From: a virus
Lineage: Duplodnaviria; Caudoviricetes
Reading direction: 5' to 3' (one strand)
Virus record (IMG/VR): IMGVR_UViG_3300022173_000106
Location: 1-45,122 of that record
Length of the DNA stretch: 45,122 bases
The stretch's first letter is position 1. Each line of letters starts with the position of its first letter. The notes below the pieces were generated by a model. That model was not told where the DNA came from. It saw only the letters and a program-made list of their open reading frames with translations, and did not search any database. Positions 36,227 through 44,737 of this stretch are shown piece after piece. The position numbers were made by a program, and so were the translations under genes.

Positions 36227-38116
36227 ATGTCAATATCAAATCTGCATCAAGCTGCACTGGACTTAGCGCGAGAGGGCATCCCTGTCTTCCCCTGCGTTCC
36301 TAATTCCAAACGCCCGGCCTGCGAAAACGGGGTCTATGATGCAACAACTGATGAGGGTCAGATCAATGCGTGGTGGACCGAGAACCCAAGCTACAACCTT
36401 GCTATCGCCCCTGAACAGGCGGGCCTTTGTGTCGTGGATATTGACGGGGAGGTGGGTGAGGAAGCATGGTTTGACCTCCAGCTTGAGCATGGCTTCGCCA
36501 ACGATACCAAAGAGGTTTTCACCCCTCGTCAGGGCGGGCATCATCTATACTTCAGGGGGTCGCTCCCTCCCACAGTCGGCAAGATCGGCAAGAAGATCGA
36601 CACTCGTGGTGTCGGGTCATATGTACTCGTTCCGCCAAGCGTCACTTCGGATGGTATATATTCCTATGCAAATGACGCTCCGTATGCAGATGTTTCCGAT
36701 TGGCTCGTCGCGGCAGTCAACCGCCCGAAGGAACGTCATAAGGCTGCCACTGAAGAAAAGGACTTACCGGGCAACGTCTCCCGCGCGACGGCCTATCTAA
36801 AGAACCGCGAGACCGCCTACCAAGGCTCCGGTGCAGACGCCCGCACCTACGAAGCCGCTTGCATGATGCGTGACATGGGCCTGACCCACAAGACCGCCCT
36901 GACCCTCATGCTCTCCGAATACAAGCTCTCCCCAAAAGACGAACGCTTCCAAGAGTTCATCGCCCGCAAAATTCTCAACGCATATGACTATGCGCAGAAT
37001 GAGGCGGGTGCATGGGCGGTGGCTCCTGCGGAACAGATATTCGACCCCAACGTCCTCGACAGACTGGTGGCGGATAGTGAGACGCAGGAGCCTACTGCCA
37101 AGCCTCGGTTCTACTTCCTCAATGAAAGCGAACAAGATCATCTGCCGCCGCCTGCATGGATCATTCCCGGCTTGCTGGCGGATCGCTCGACATTCTTGCT
37201 CTATGGCCCCGGCGATAGCTACAAGTCATTCCTCGGCCTTGACATTGCGCTGGGGATCGCGGCAGGCGTTGAGACGTTCGGGCACGTACCTAAGCAGAAG
37301 CCAGTCTTCTGGATCGCGGGCGAAGGCATGACCGAAATCGCACACAAGCGACGCAAGGCGTGGCGCATCGCCCGTGAGATTGAAGGCGAGATACCCTTCT
37401 ACATGCTCGGTACGCCGCCCAGCGCGTCAGAGCCGATGCAGATTGTTGAGTTGGTCGAGCAGATCAAATGGCATTGCAAAGGCCAACGTCCGGGTCTTGT
37501 AGCTATTGACACATTGGCGAAGTTTATGCTCGGTCTGGATGAAAATAATCAGAAGGACGCCGGTTTGGCCGTCGCCGCCGCTGACTTTTTACGGGCGCAG
37601 CTCGGTTGCCCGATCCTCGTGATCCATCACAGTGGCAAGGATGAGAAGCGCGGCGCTCGCGGTTCAACGGCGATTATGTACGGCGTGGACGCGGCAGCAG
37701 AGGCTATTGCATCACATGAGACCAAGGCCGTCGCTGTCCATGTCCGGCGTCAGAAGGACGGCGAGCGCCGGATGGAGCCGTTTACATTTGAGGGTCGGGT
37801 GATTGGCCCCTCACTCGTCTTTTTCCCCACGGATGCTGCTACCTATCAGATGCAGGCCGGTGAGGATGATCCGGTTGCGCCCGCCAAGGTGGGCAAGGCG
37901 TTGCGTGATCTCGGCGCTGTCGGGCAGGAGAAGGGGGTAGTAACTGCCGTTCTGGCATCGCACCTGCTACCTGCCGACCCCAATGAGGCTCCTGAAGCCC
38001 GCCAGAGCCTCGTACAGCGCCTTTCTAAGATGCTGGGCGCTGGTGCCAAGAAGAAGCTCATCGCCTACACTGAAGGCACTGGGCACGATCTCAGGTGGTT
38101 CCTGCCCGAAGCCTAG
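36227..38116 (+). CDS. Bifunctional primase-polymerase fused to AAA_25 (RecA-like) helicase
   Basis: PVFPC...K.P, VVD.D, TP..G.HLYF, DTRG.G.YV..PPS; G..DSYKS, IDT, IHHSGKD..RG.RGS; start ATG 36227 after GAGGAG. Confidence 0.92.
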   Translation: MSISNLHQAALDLAREGIPVFPCVPNSKRPACENGVYDATTDEGQINAWWTENPSYNLAIAPEQAGLCVVDIDGEVGEEAWFDLQLEHGFANDTKEVFTPRQGGHHLYFRGSLPPTVGKIGKKIDTRGVGSYVLVPPSVTSDGIYSYANDAPYADVSDWLVAAVNRPKERHKAATEEKDLPGNVSRATAYLKNRETAYQGSGADARTYEAACMMRDMGLTHKTALTLMLSEYKLSPKDERFQEFIARKILNAYDYAQNEAGAWAVAPAEQIFDPNVLDRLVADSETQEPTAKPRFYFLNESEQDHLPPPAWIIPGLLADRSTFLLYGPGDSYKSFLGLDIALGIAAGVETFGHVPKQKPVFWIAGEGMTEIAHKRRKAWRIAREIEGEIPFYMLGTPPSASEPMQIVELVEQIKWHCKGQRPGLVAIDTLAKFMLGLDENNQKDAGLAVAAADFLRAQLGCPILVIHHSGKDEKRGARGSTAIMYGVDAAAEAIASHETKAVAVHVRRQKDGERRMEPFTFEGRVIGPSLVFFPTDAATYQMQAGEDDPVAPAKVGKALRDLGAVGQEKGVVTAVLASHLLPADPNEAPEARQSLVQRLSKMLGAGAKKKLIAYTEGTGHDLRWFLPEA

Positions 38117-38580
38117 CGGTCGATGTAGGCGTTAAGTCCCCTGACCTCGTGGGCATATGTTTCCTCAAGATCATAGAACTTGCCAAATAGAACCGCCCCT
38201 CCGATTAGGGTGTTCTCCTGCACAGTCATGGGGCGCAGGTGGGCGGGGTTGCAACATGATCGGGAGGTGCAGATCGCGGCGTCATGGTCGAGCACACGCC
38301 CGTCAGGGATGGGGCCATTGAACAAGACCCAGCCGAACCTATGGAGGTAAACACCCCTGCCTTGCCAATGGATTTTCTTGTAGCCCTTGCCGTCATCCCA
38401 ACCTTCTGCAATCCAACATTGATCCCTGTGCGGAACAATGCAGGACAGGCAATGGTGGTCCAGAAAAGGACGCAGGAGTGGCACACGCTTAGCCAATCGG
38501 CCCATGGCGAGGAGCGTCTGATCGTGTGTGATGATGATCGGTTTAATGGTCCTCATTTCCTGTACCGGGCATTCTTCCAT
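38113..38580 (-). CDS. HNH endonuclease
   Basis: CW...G....GY, HR..W....GPIP.G..LDH...C....CCNP.HL...T..EN. Confidence 0.88.
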   Translation of the reverse strand: MEECPVQEMRTIKPIIITHDQTLLAMGRLAKRVPLLRPFLDHHCLSCIVPHRDQCWIAEGWDDGKGYKKIHWQGRGVYLHRFGWVLFNGPIPDGRVLDHDAAICTSRSCCNPAHLRPMTVQENTLIGGAVLFGKFYDLEETYAHEVRGLNAYIDR

Positions 38581-38876
38581 GGTTTATCTTTCCCCAACAT
38601 CGCACGCGGCACACCCATGCTCGCAAGGACGCGCCGCTCAAGATCAGCAAAATCACAGACTAGGATCGTTTGTGCCGGACCCCCGCGTGGCGTGATCTCT
38701 TGCATCTCAGGCTCACTGCGATGCAGCCGCCCGGTGCCCATTCCCTCCATCCAAGGAGGCGGCTCGTGCCCTAGAAGACAATACCATTCAGCTTGATATT
38801 TCTTGAGCACTAAGCCCTTCGCCAGCGCGACAGTGTTGCGTTGGATGCGGGCGGCGAGTTGTTCTTTCGTAATCAT
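38553..38876 (-). CDS. 107-aa protein with collapsed PolA-like motifs
   Basis: TGRLHRSEPEMQEI and ILVCDFADLERRVLA; GAGGAG Shine-Dalgarno and ATGA coupling at 38876. Confidence 0.65.
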   Translation of the reverse strand: MITKEQLAARIQRNTVALAKGLVLKKYQAEWYCLLGHEPPPWMEGMGTGRLHRSEPEMQEITPRGGPAQTILVCDFADLERRVLASMGVPRAMLGKDKPWKNARYRK

Positions 38877-39052
38877 GTTGTCCACTCCTCATCCTCAATA
38901 AATATCCGTGGAACTTTGAGTGCATGGATTGCAACGAGGCGGTCAAGGTAGGGTTGTGCAGCCCTTCTGGCATCCTCCTGTATGCGACTGATGTGCTTTT
39001 TCAAACAGATTTCTTCTTCCGTGTCAGGGGGATAAAGAGTGTGAATTTTCAT
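38873..39052 (-). CDS. Small hypothetical protein
   Basis: MKIHTLYPP...; ATGA-coupled at both ends. Confidence 0.6.
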   Translation of the reverse strand: MKIHTLYPPDTEEEICLKKHISRIQEDARRAAQPYLDRLVAIHALKVPRIFIEDEEWTT

Positions 39053-39360
39053 GCTGTCCACTCCTCGACCGGCGCGGCCTGCCCATGCCAGCGCCATCGT
39101 TTATTGATTTTGCCGTAGGCTCTGAAGACCTCGCCGTCATGGGTCGCCATTGCGTTCGGCATCCACTTGGCAAGTTTCATCAGGACCGACGCGCAGGCAT
39201 CAACGCCGTCCTCTGAGCAGATCGCAGCGGCCAAGCCACGAGTGCCCAGAATGGTCGTCGTCGGCTCCGCTGTCAGGAACTCACGCAGCGCCGCCTCAAC
39301 CGCTGCATTGCGTTTGCGCCAGTCGAGTTTTTCGACGGTGCTCCATTCAAGCTTGGTCAT
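39049..39360 (-). CDS. Hypothetical protein
   Basis: MTKLEWST..., tight packing with neighbours. Confidence 0.6.
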   Translation of the reverse strand: MTKLEWSTVEKLDWRKRNAAVEAALREFLTAEPTTTILGTRGLAAAICSEDGVDACASVLMKLAKWMPNAMATHDGEVFRAYGKINKRWRWHGQAAPVEEWTA

Positions 39361-39529
39361 TTTTCTGCCTTCCAAAATAGTGAACAGTGGCGTGGTGCGG
39401 GTGGTGGGCATAAGTGATTGAGCACGTCTCCTGCTTCCTGCGGTGCATGGCGCGGTGTGACGCGATGCCCAGAGAGTGAAATTCTTTCTGACAGGTCCAG
39501 CAATAGCACTCTTTTGTGAAGGTGCTCAT
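39347..39529 (-). CDS. Small C2H2 zinc-finger-like protein
   Basis: C.TC.KEF.SLG.ASH..MH. Confidence 0.55.
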   Translation of the reverse strand: MSTFTKECYCWTCQKEFHSLGIASHRAMHRRKQETCSITYAHHPHHATVHYFGRQKNDQA

Positions 39530-39981
39530 TTGTCACCCTTCGCAAAAACCGGATGCACATTCGCAATAGAGATTTTGATGGGGCAGAGCACGGTGCCCTT
39601 GCGCACCTCACCCGTCCCGCGATCATGGTGCTCATAGTCGATGCGCTTCACTTCGATGCTCAGGTCACGCCCGTAAAAGATGCGATCTGGTTTCTGATTG
39701 CGGACGCGCAGCTCATCGAGTTGCTGCACCAGATGGGCGATGTCCGTTGCGTCCACTTCGGGCCGGTAGCGGCTATTGAGACGCACATATGCCTCGCCAG
39801 TGTCGCGCATGAAACGAATAGGCACATACGCCAGCAGCTCAGGGTCCACTACGCCAACCGGCACACACAGCCCGAAGTTGTCGCGCGGTGGCAAACCCAT
39901 AGAGGCTGGGTAAGGGTGGGACTGATAGATGCTCACAAACCAGCGTGGGTCGTGGCGGTTTAGGCGGATGATGTCAGTCAT
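39526..39981 (-). CDS. Hypothetical protein
   Basis: 151 aa, GGAGGA Shine-Dalgarno. Confidence 0.65.
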   Translation of the reverse strand: MTDIIRLNRHDPRWFVSIYQSHPYPASMGLPPRDNFGLCVPVGVVDPELLAYVPIRFMRDTGEAYVRLNSRYRPEVDATDIAHLVQQLDELRVRNQKPDRIFYGRDLSIEVKRIDYEHHDRGTGEVRKGTVLCPIKISIANVHPVFAKGDK

Positions 39982-39996
39982 AGCTTTGATCCTCCC

Positions 39997-40530
39997 TTAG
40001 TAATTGCCAAGCCAGTCTTCGGAGATTGCCGTCTGGAGGGCGCGGCGATTGTTGTTCCATGAATGAGTATTGCCCAACAAGAACCGGATACGCCGCGCAA
40101 CACGAGCGGCAGGGATTTTTGTGGACGACCTAGAGCGCCTGTAGTGCAGCGGGCAGAATAGCCAGTTGCTCTCGATGTCCGTCAGCCCAAAGAATACCTC
40201 ACCCGCACAAAAATTTAGGTGCGTTATGCCGTCTTTGTCAGTGTACTGAACATCGTAGAAATTGGAGCTGTCACAGGAGCGAACGAGCTGAAGGCCAAGC
40301 TCCGCAAGAGCCGGTGTGACTGCCGCCGTCCCAAGAGCGCAAGCTGAAGTCCCGCAGTGCTTCTCAATATCACGGCCTTTGTCTTTCTTGAACAGCTCCG
40401 GTGTGATGTGGTCCACCCCCAAGCCTGATATGCCCCATCGGATCATATTAAATTTTTTAGTTTGCACACGTTCCAACGCCTCAGCCAACAGTTCGAGGCG
40501 GTCACGGTTCATTTTTGGCAATCTACTCAT
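39997..40530 (-). CDS. Conserved-type phage early protein
   Basis: RL..LA..L, FNM..W, CGTSACALG, FFGL..E...LF.P motifs. Confidence 0.7.
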   Translation of the reverse strand: MSRLPKMNRDRLELLAEALERVQTKKFNMIRWGISGLGVDHITPELFKKDKGRDIEKHCGTSACALGTAAVTPALAELGLQLVRSCDSSNFYDVQYTDKDGITHLNFCAGEVFFGLTDIESNWLFCPLHYRRSRSSTKIPAARVARRIRFLLGNTHSWNNNRRALQTAISEDWLGNY

Positions 40531-40957
40531 AGCTTTGGTCCTTCCGTTTTGCTTCCCATTCTTCGGGGTCTGACGTGGCGCGATAGTCGCGGGCGATCCA
40601 CTTCCGCATCTCAGCGAACATGGCAACCCGATCATCATCCGGCAGTTTCAGCTTGTCGGACAATTGGCGCAGCTCGGTGACAATCTCGCTCACCCTGCCG
40701 ATGGGGACCGCTTTATGCAGCCGCCCATGCTTGGTCAAAAATTGTGTCACGATGATCCCATCTGTCGTGATGATAGCGTTCTCGCCCATGGCCGGTGCAG
40801 ATTTTGCGTTCCTGCCCATCACGGCGAGCAACAAGCAGCCCAGCATGGTGCTGTTGCCCTTGGTCTCGGCAATGACACGATATTGCCAGCTCAACCGCTC
40901 GCGTTCCTGAGCCTCGGTCAGAGGCTTTGCGCCGTCCGGCGTGATGATGTTAGCCAT
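40523..40957 (-). CDS. Hypothetical protein
   Basis: 144 aa, overlapping neighbours. Confidence 0.65.
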   Translation of the reverse strand: MANIITPDGAKPLTEAQERERLSWQYRVIAETKGNSTMLGCLLLAVMGRNAKSAPAMGENAIITTDGIIVTQFLTKHGRLHKAVPIGRVSEIVTELRQLSDKLKLPDDDRVAMFAEMRKWIARDYRATSDPEEWEAKRKDQSYE

Positions 40958-41345
40958 TGTCGCCAAACTCCCTTTCATTCAGGGCACGGACGATCTCACG
41001 GGCCATCTCATCGAATTGCACGGGGTCAATTGCATAGCAACCCGTCGCGCCATCCGCACGAGTGAAGTCTGGGCGCGTCAGCATCATCAATGGTTCACCA
41101 TTGAAATAGATGCGCCGGTCCAGTAGCTCATAGCGCAGCGTCATCAAATCAGCCGCCATAGTCGCAGCGGCATGAGTGCCCCAGCCCTTGAGCCGCATGA
41201 GCGAGGCAAGGTCAGCGTAGCCTACAAGGCCGGACACTTCCTCGCCGGGGTGTACCATAGACCACCATTTCAGGCGTTGGTCAGTGGAGCGGTGAACCTC
41301 ATAAATATCCGCCGTTCGTGGGTTTTTGATTGTTGCGATTTTCAT
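40950..41345 (-). CDS. Hypothetical protein
   Basis: 131 aa from ATG 41345. Confidence 0.6.
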   Translation of the reverse strand: MKIATIKNPRTADIYEVHRSTDQRLKWWSMVHPGEEVSGLVGYADLASLMRLKGWGTHAAATMAADLMTLRYELLDRRIYFNGEPLMMLTRPDFTRADGATGCYAIDPVQFDEMAREIVRALNEREFGDNG

Positions 41346-41349
41346 GGCG

Positions 41350-41580
41350 TCAGTTCCCTTCGATCTGGCCCGCACATTCAAGCGCATGGATGATGGAGCT
41401 ACCCAATACTGAGCACGCTTCAGCGTGAGACAGGCCGGTCTTTCGATCATAGCCATAGCGAACGGTAAACGTCGCTTCCGGTTCTGGCAGGCCGTGCTTT
41501 TTGCGGACCTTGCCCGTCTGTATCAGCTCGACAGGATAAGGGCACCCGTCAATCTTGGTCTCAAATAACAGCTTTTTCAT
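41350..41580 (-). CDS. Small conserved-type phage early protein
   Basis: FTVRYG.....L....A...LG..I.HAL.C.G motif. Confidence 0.6.
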   Translation of the reverse strand: MKKLLFETKIDGCPYPVELIQTGKVRKKHGLPEPEATFTVRYGYDRKTGLSHAEACSVLGSSIIHALECAGQIEGN

Positions 41581-41636
41581 TTTGTCAATCCTCTGGCATT
41601 CCCCAGCGCCATAGGCGACGCTGGGGCACATGCCTG

Positions 41637-42377
41637 TTAGCGGGTGAGACCAAGGCGGGCTTGAATGTAGCGGCGCACCCTGCCCCGTGTAAATGCATCC
41701 ACAGGCCGGTTGAGAACGATAGCAATGCCACCCTCCGGCGCACCCGCGAAGCGCAGCGCATTGACCACAAGCGAGCCGGTCAAATAGCCTTCATCAAGAT
41801 GCGTCAGGATGTGGCCTGCGTCGGGCTTCGGACGCGGATCGTGTACTGTGTGCCCGTTGCTTTCCTGCTTGGCCGGACCCGCTGCCATCTCATTTTGGCA
41901 GAGGAAGCAATCGCCGCGTCCATAACTGGGGATCGTACCGCCCGTTGGCATTGTCTTATTCAGGAAGCGGCCAATCTTTTTCTTGAGATCACGCTGCCGC
42001 GTTGCTTCGCTTTCAGCGGCAGGATTGGAGCCATTGATCGCCCAAGGCAGAACCATGCCGTCATAAAAGGCGCATTGTTTGCCACTCGCTCGGCTGTGAA
42101 CATACCAGACGCCTTTGTAACTGGCAATAAAGCCATCAAAGCCAAAACGCTCAAGGGCGAAATTGAGCCGGTCTTTTGTCGTGACTGTCAGCCAGCCGTT
42201 TGTATTGAGCGTGATATTGTTGCCCTGCTTTTCGGCAATATCCGTGTAGTGCAGGCGGATAATTTGCTTGTCACCTTCCGTGTACTGAAAAGTATTGCGG
42301 GCGATGATGCGCGGCTTCCCATCCATGGCCGCAAGGCGTTCAGGTGTAAAGCTTTCTTTAATCGCGGTTCTAGGCAT
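41637..42377 (-). CDS. Conserved-type phage early protein
   Basis: IRLH.TDI......I.LNT.GW.T.TTK.R.N, F.DGM and GDCF.C motifs. Confidence 0.7.
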   Translation of the reverse strand: MPRTAIKESFTPERLAAMDGKPRIIARNTFQYTEGDKQIIRLHYTDIAEKQGNNITLNTNGWLTVTTKDRLNFALERFGFDGFIASYKGVWYVHSRASGKQCAFYDGMVLPWAINGSNPAAESEATRQRDLKKKIGRFLNKTMPTGGTIPSYGRGDCFLCQNEMAAGPAKQESNGHTVHDPRPKPDAGHILTHLDEGYLTGSLVVNALRFAGAPEGGIAIVLNRPVDAFTRGRVRRYIQARLGLTR

Positions 42378-42450
42378 TGCTTTCGCTCCTATTGTCGTTT
42401 TCGCATGATTGCGCCAATGGGGCCAAGCTAAAATGGTTAGCCCCATTAAC

Positions 42451-42621
42451 TCAGGCATGACAGACGCCACTTTCAATCAAGGCTTTCGCCGTGCGCCCGA
42501 ATGTGCCTTGCAGTTGCCAGCACAACCCCGTGTCAATGAGATATTGCCATGCTTCGATTTGCTCATCCTCGGATGCTTCCTCGACGCCTTCAGCAATCAT
42601 AGTCGCTTTGTACTTATCCAT
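42451..42621 (-). CDS. Small conserved-type phage early protein
   Basis: WQ.LIDTG..WQLQG.FGR.A..LIE.G motif. Confidence 0.7.
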   Translation of the reverse strand: MDKYKATMIAEGVEEASEDEQIEAWQYLIDTGLCWQLQGTFGRTAKALIESGVCHA

Positions 42622-42651
42622 AGCTTCCCTCTCAGTCTGGCACATGGCCCG

Positions 42652-42861
42652 TTAGGCTTTGCCGGTTATAACGTACAGATGCAAGTGTTGCGCCTGTCGG
42701 TGGTGCTCAAGCATGTTCATATAGAAAGCATGTCTGGCGGTGCGCAAAGACGGGGTGGCTAACGCTTCGCGTGCGACCTTGTTGCGGGCTGCCCGCACCA
42801 CATCCCGATTGCTCGCGGATGTGGACAGGCGCAGTCTCATGTATGTTCCGTACACTGTCAA
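42652..42861 (-). CDS. Small hypothetical protein
   Basis: Probable TTG start after AGAGGGGAAGGA; avoids the long overlap of the track start. Confidence 0.5.
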   Translation of the reverse strand: MTVYGTYMRLRLSTSASNRDVVRAARNKVAREALATPSLRTARHAFYMNMLEHHRQAQHLHLYVITGKA

Positions 42862-42871
42862 TCCTTCCCCT

Positions 42872-43153
42872 CTAAATGGGTGAGCGATGATTGGCGCGGC
42901 GGGTTGCTTTGTTCCATGCCGCGCACGCTTTGGCCGGTTCTTCGCTCGCCCATGATTGCCAATCTTCCCAAGCATGGCTGACACGGTACACGTTCAAAAT
43001 TTCCTGAAGGCAAAGCTCATCCCACAGACTTTCATTTTGACCGTCGCACCAGTACATGAGATTAGCGGCTTCTTCGCGGCTCAAATCTTCGGCACGGCGG
43101 GTTTTGATGCTGCAATGACGCAGCGAGTGGGCAGTTACCCTAACAGAATGCAT
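42872..43153 (-). CDS. Hypothetical protein
   Basis: 93 aa, AAGGAG Shine-Dalgarno. Confidence 0.55.
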   Translation of the reverse strand: MHSVRVTAHSLRHCSIKTRRAEDLSREEAANLMYWCDGQNESLWDELCLQEILNVYRVSHAWEDWQSWASEEPAKACAAWNKATRRANHRSPI

Positions 43154-43246
43154 GGCTTTCGCTCCTTTTGTCAGTGGGCAGACGATACATGAATGGGGCC
43201 AAGCATGGCGGGCACGATTGGCCCCATGGTCTAGCGTCTGGGTAGG

Positions 43247-43816
43247 TTAGGACGCGGGCAACGTGTCAGCCTGCGCGGCGCTGGCATCCACGGTGCGCGG
43301 TGCATCGGGCGCAGGGACAGGTTGACCGGCAGAATGATGATGCTCGCCAGACAGATGCCCGCGTGGCGCGACGGTCACAAGGGGCTGGCAGGCATAGTAG
43401 GTGCTGCCGTCAATTGTGTAGTCGCCAAGCTCATGGGCGGTGGCCTGAGAAACCGAACGGAAAGCCCCCAGCGGCACGTCAGCTTTGTTGAGATCGAGGA
43501 AAGCAAGGTGGGCAGGGCGACCATTGACGCGCCAGTTTGCATCGAATGCACCGAGCACCAAAATGCTTTCTTGGGTTTCAAGATAGCCCGTGCCGGTCAC
43601 AACGGCGAGATAGTCGAGCGGAATGAGGAATGATTGCTCATCAACGCCTTGGCCTTTAAGTTCGCCTTCGCGGTGGGTGTAATGGCCCGTCACAACCTTG
43701 TGCGGGACAGCGGCCAAGCTCAAGGCTTCCTGAAAAGCGGGCAGGTCCGAAGGCTCAACGCTGCAAATGAAAAAGGACTTTTGATCCTCGGATTTTGTGG
43801 GCAAAGATGGTTGCAT
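43247..43816 (-). CDS. S-adenosylmethionine lyase (SAMase)-like protein
   Basis: GHY...EQSF, QESIL, A.L, LG.F.SVS...A..L.DYT..G.TYY pattern resembles T3/Svi3-3-type SAM lyases; early-region position; AAGGAG Shine-Dalgarno. Confidence 0.7.
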   Translation of the reverse strand: MQPSLPTKSEDQKSFFICSVEPSDLPAFQEALSLAAVPHKVVTGHYTHREGELKGQGVDEQSFLIPLDYLAVVTGTGYLETQESILVLGAFDANWRVNGRPAHLAFLDLNKADVPLGAFRSVSQATAHELGDYTIDGSTYYACQPLVTVAPRGHLSGEHHHSAGQPVPAPDAPRTVDASAAQADTLPAS

Positions 43817-43903
43817 GGTGATAGCTCCTTTAGCCGATTGTCCTTTATTGGCAATCGGGAAACCTCACTCTAGCACGGGGCCATGAGTGAGGGAACCGGA
43901 GTG

Positions 43904-44149
43904 TCAAGCTTCGGATAAAACCCTTTCGATTTCTGAATAGCCACGGGTGCAAAGCAGTAGGGTAGTGAACAGCTCAAGATGCTTTGCCTCTATCTCCGCC
44001 TCCGGGTTATTGGGCAGGGCACGCAGCCCAGCGATAGCACCAGCAAAAAAGTCTATTGCCGCGCCATCTCGTTTCTTGCCTTTGTAGCCAAGGCATTGTG
44101 ACCGGGCAACAAAGGTGTGGGCTAAGGAGATGATTACTGCTTTTGTCAT
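43904..44149 (-). CDS. Hypothetical early protein
   Basis: 81 aa; GYKGKKRD.AA..FF.GA..G...RGY. Confidence 0.6.
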   Translation of the reverse strand: MTKAVIISLAHTFVARSQCLGYKGKKRDGAAIDFFAGAIAGLRALPNNPEAEIEAKHLELFTTLLLCTRGYSEIERVLSEA

Positions 44150-44188
44150 AGTGGTTTCCCTCATGTGGTGCGACGGTGGGCGGGTGTC

Positions 44189-44287
44189 TTATCGTGTCCA
44201 TTCCTCAAATGCGGCGAGTACACCAAAGAATATCAGCGCGACGCCTATGTAGGTCAACGGTACGATAAGTGTTTCAAATCCAGTCAT
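44189..44287 (-). CDS. 32-aa membrane peptide (not in ORF track)
   Basis: MTGFETLIVPLTYIGVALIFFGVLAAFEEWTR after AGAGGGA; first ORF behind the 44419 promoter. Confidence 0.6.
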   Translation of the reverse strand: MTGFETLIVPLTYIGVALIFFGVLAAFEEWTR

Positions 44288-44390
44288 CTTATATTCCCTC
44301 TTTTGGACGCAGGTTTAGTGTGTAGCTTAATCTGCGGAGTGAGTAAGCAAACTCCCTTGGGGGGTCGTTTCGCTCTCAACTAACGCGATA

Positions 44391-44419
44391 GCTATACCAC
44401 ACAAAAAAGCATAAGTCAA
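44391..44419 (-). promoter_or_regulatory. Strong leftward sigma70-type early promoter
   Basis: Minus strand TTGACT-17 nt-TATAGC with TG just upstream of the -10. Confidence 0.75.
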
Positions 44420-44444
44420 GCCTTTGAGGAAATTATTATTGGCC

Positions 44445-44690
44445 TTAGTGTGTGACATGATATTTCAAGTCAAAACCATGTTGGGACATATTATGTGCCC
44501 AGACCAATGGTGACAGGTTGCGGGGCTTCAGGCCGTGGGCTTGCTCATAGGCGCGGATGTCGCGCATTGCTTGCATTGGCGTGCGGAGATCATGGCGCAA
44601 GCCTCGGATGGGGCGATGCTCAAGGTTGTGCAGGCCACTTGCTGCGGATGCAACGGCACGGGCACGGGCTTCAGGGGTGAATAGTGACAT
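44445..44690 (-). CDS. Hypothetical protein, first gene of the early region
   Basis: 81 aa, AGAGGGA Shine-Dalgarno. Confidence 0.55.
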   Translation of the reverse strand: MSLFTPEARARAVASAASGLHNLEHRPIRGLRHDLRTPMQAMRDIRAYEQAHGLKPRNLSPLVWAHNMSQHGFDLKYHVTH

Positions 44691-44737
44691 GGTGATAATC
44701 CCTCTTTATGTGGTGGGCTTCTTGCGCCCATGGATAG

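Noticed and set aside
38113-38580. HNH gene as part of a self-splicing intron or intein
   Set aside because: Free-standing; primase, polA and terL are uninterrupted
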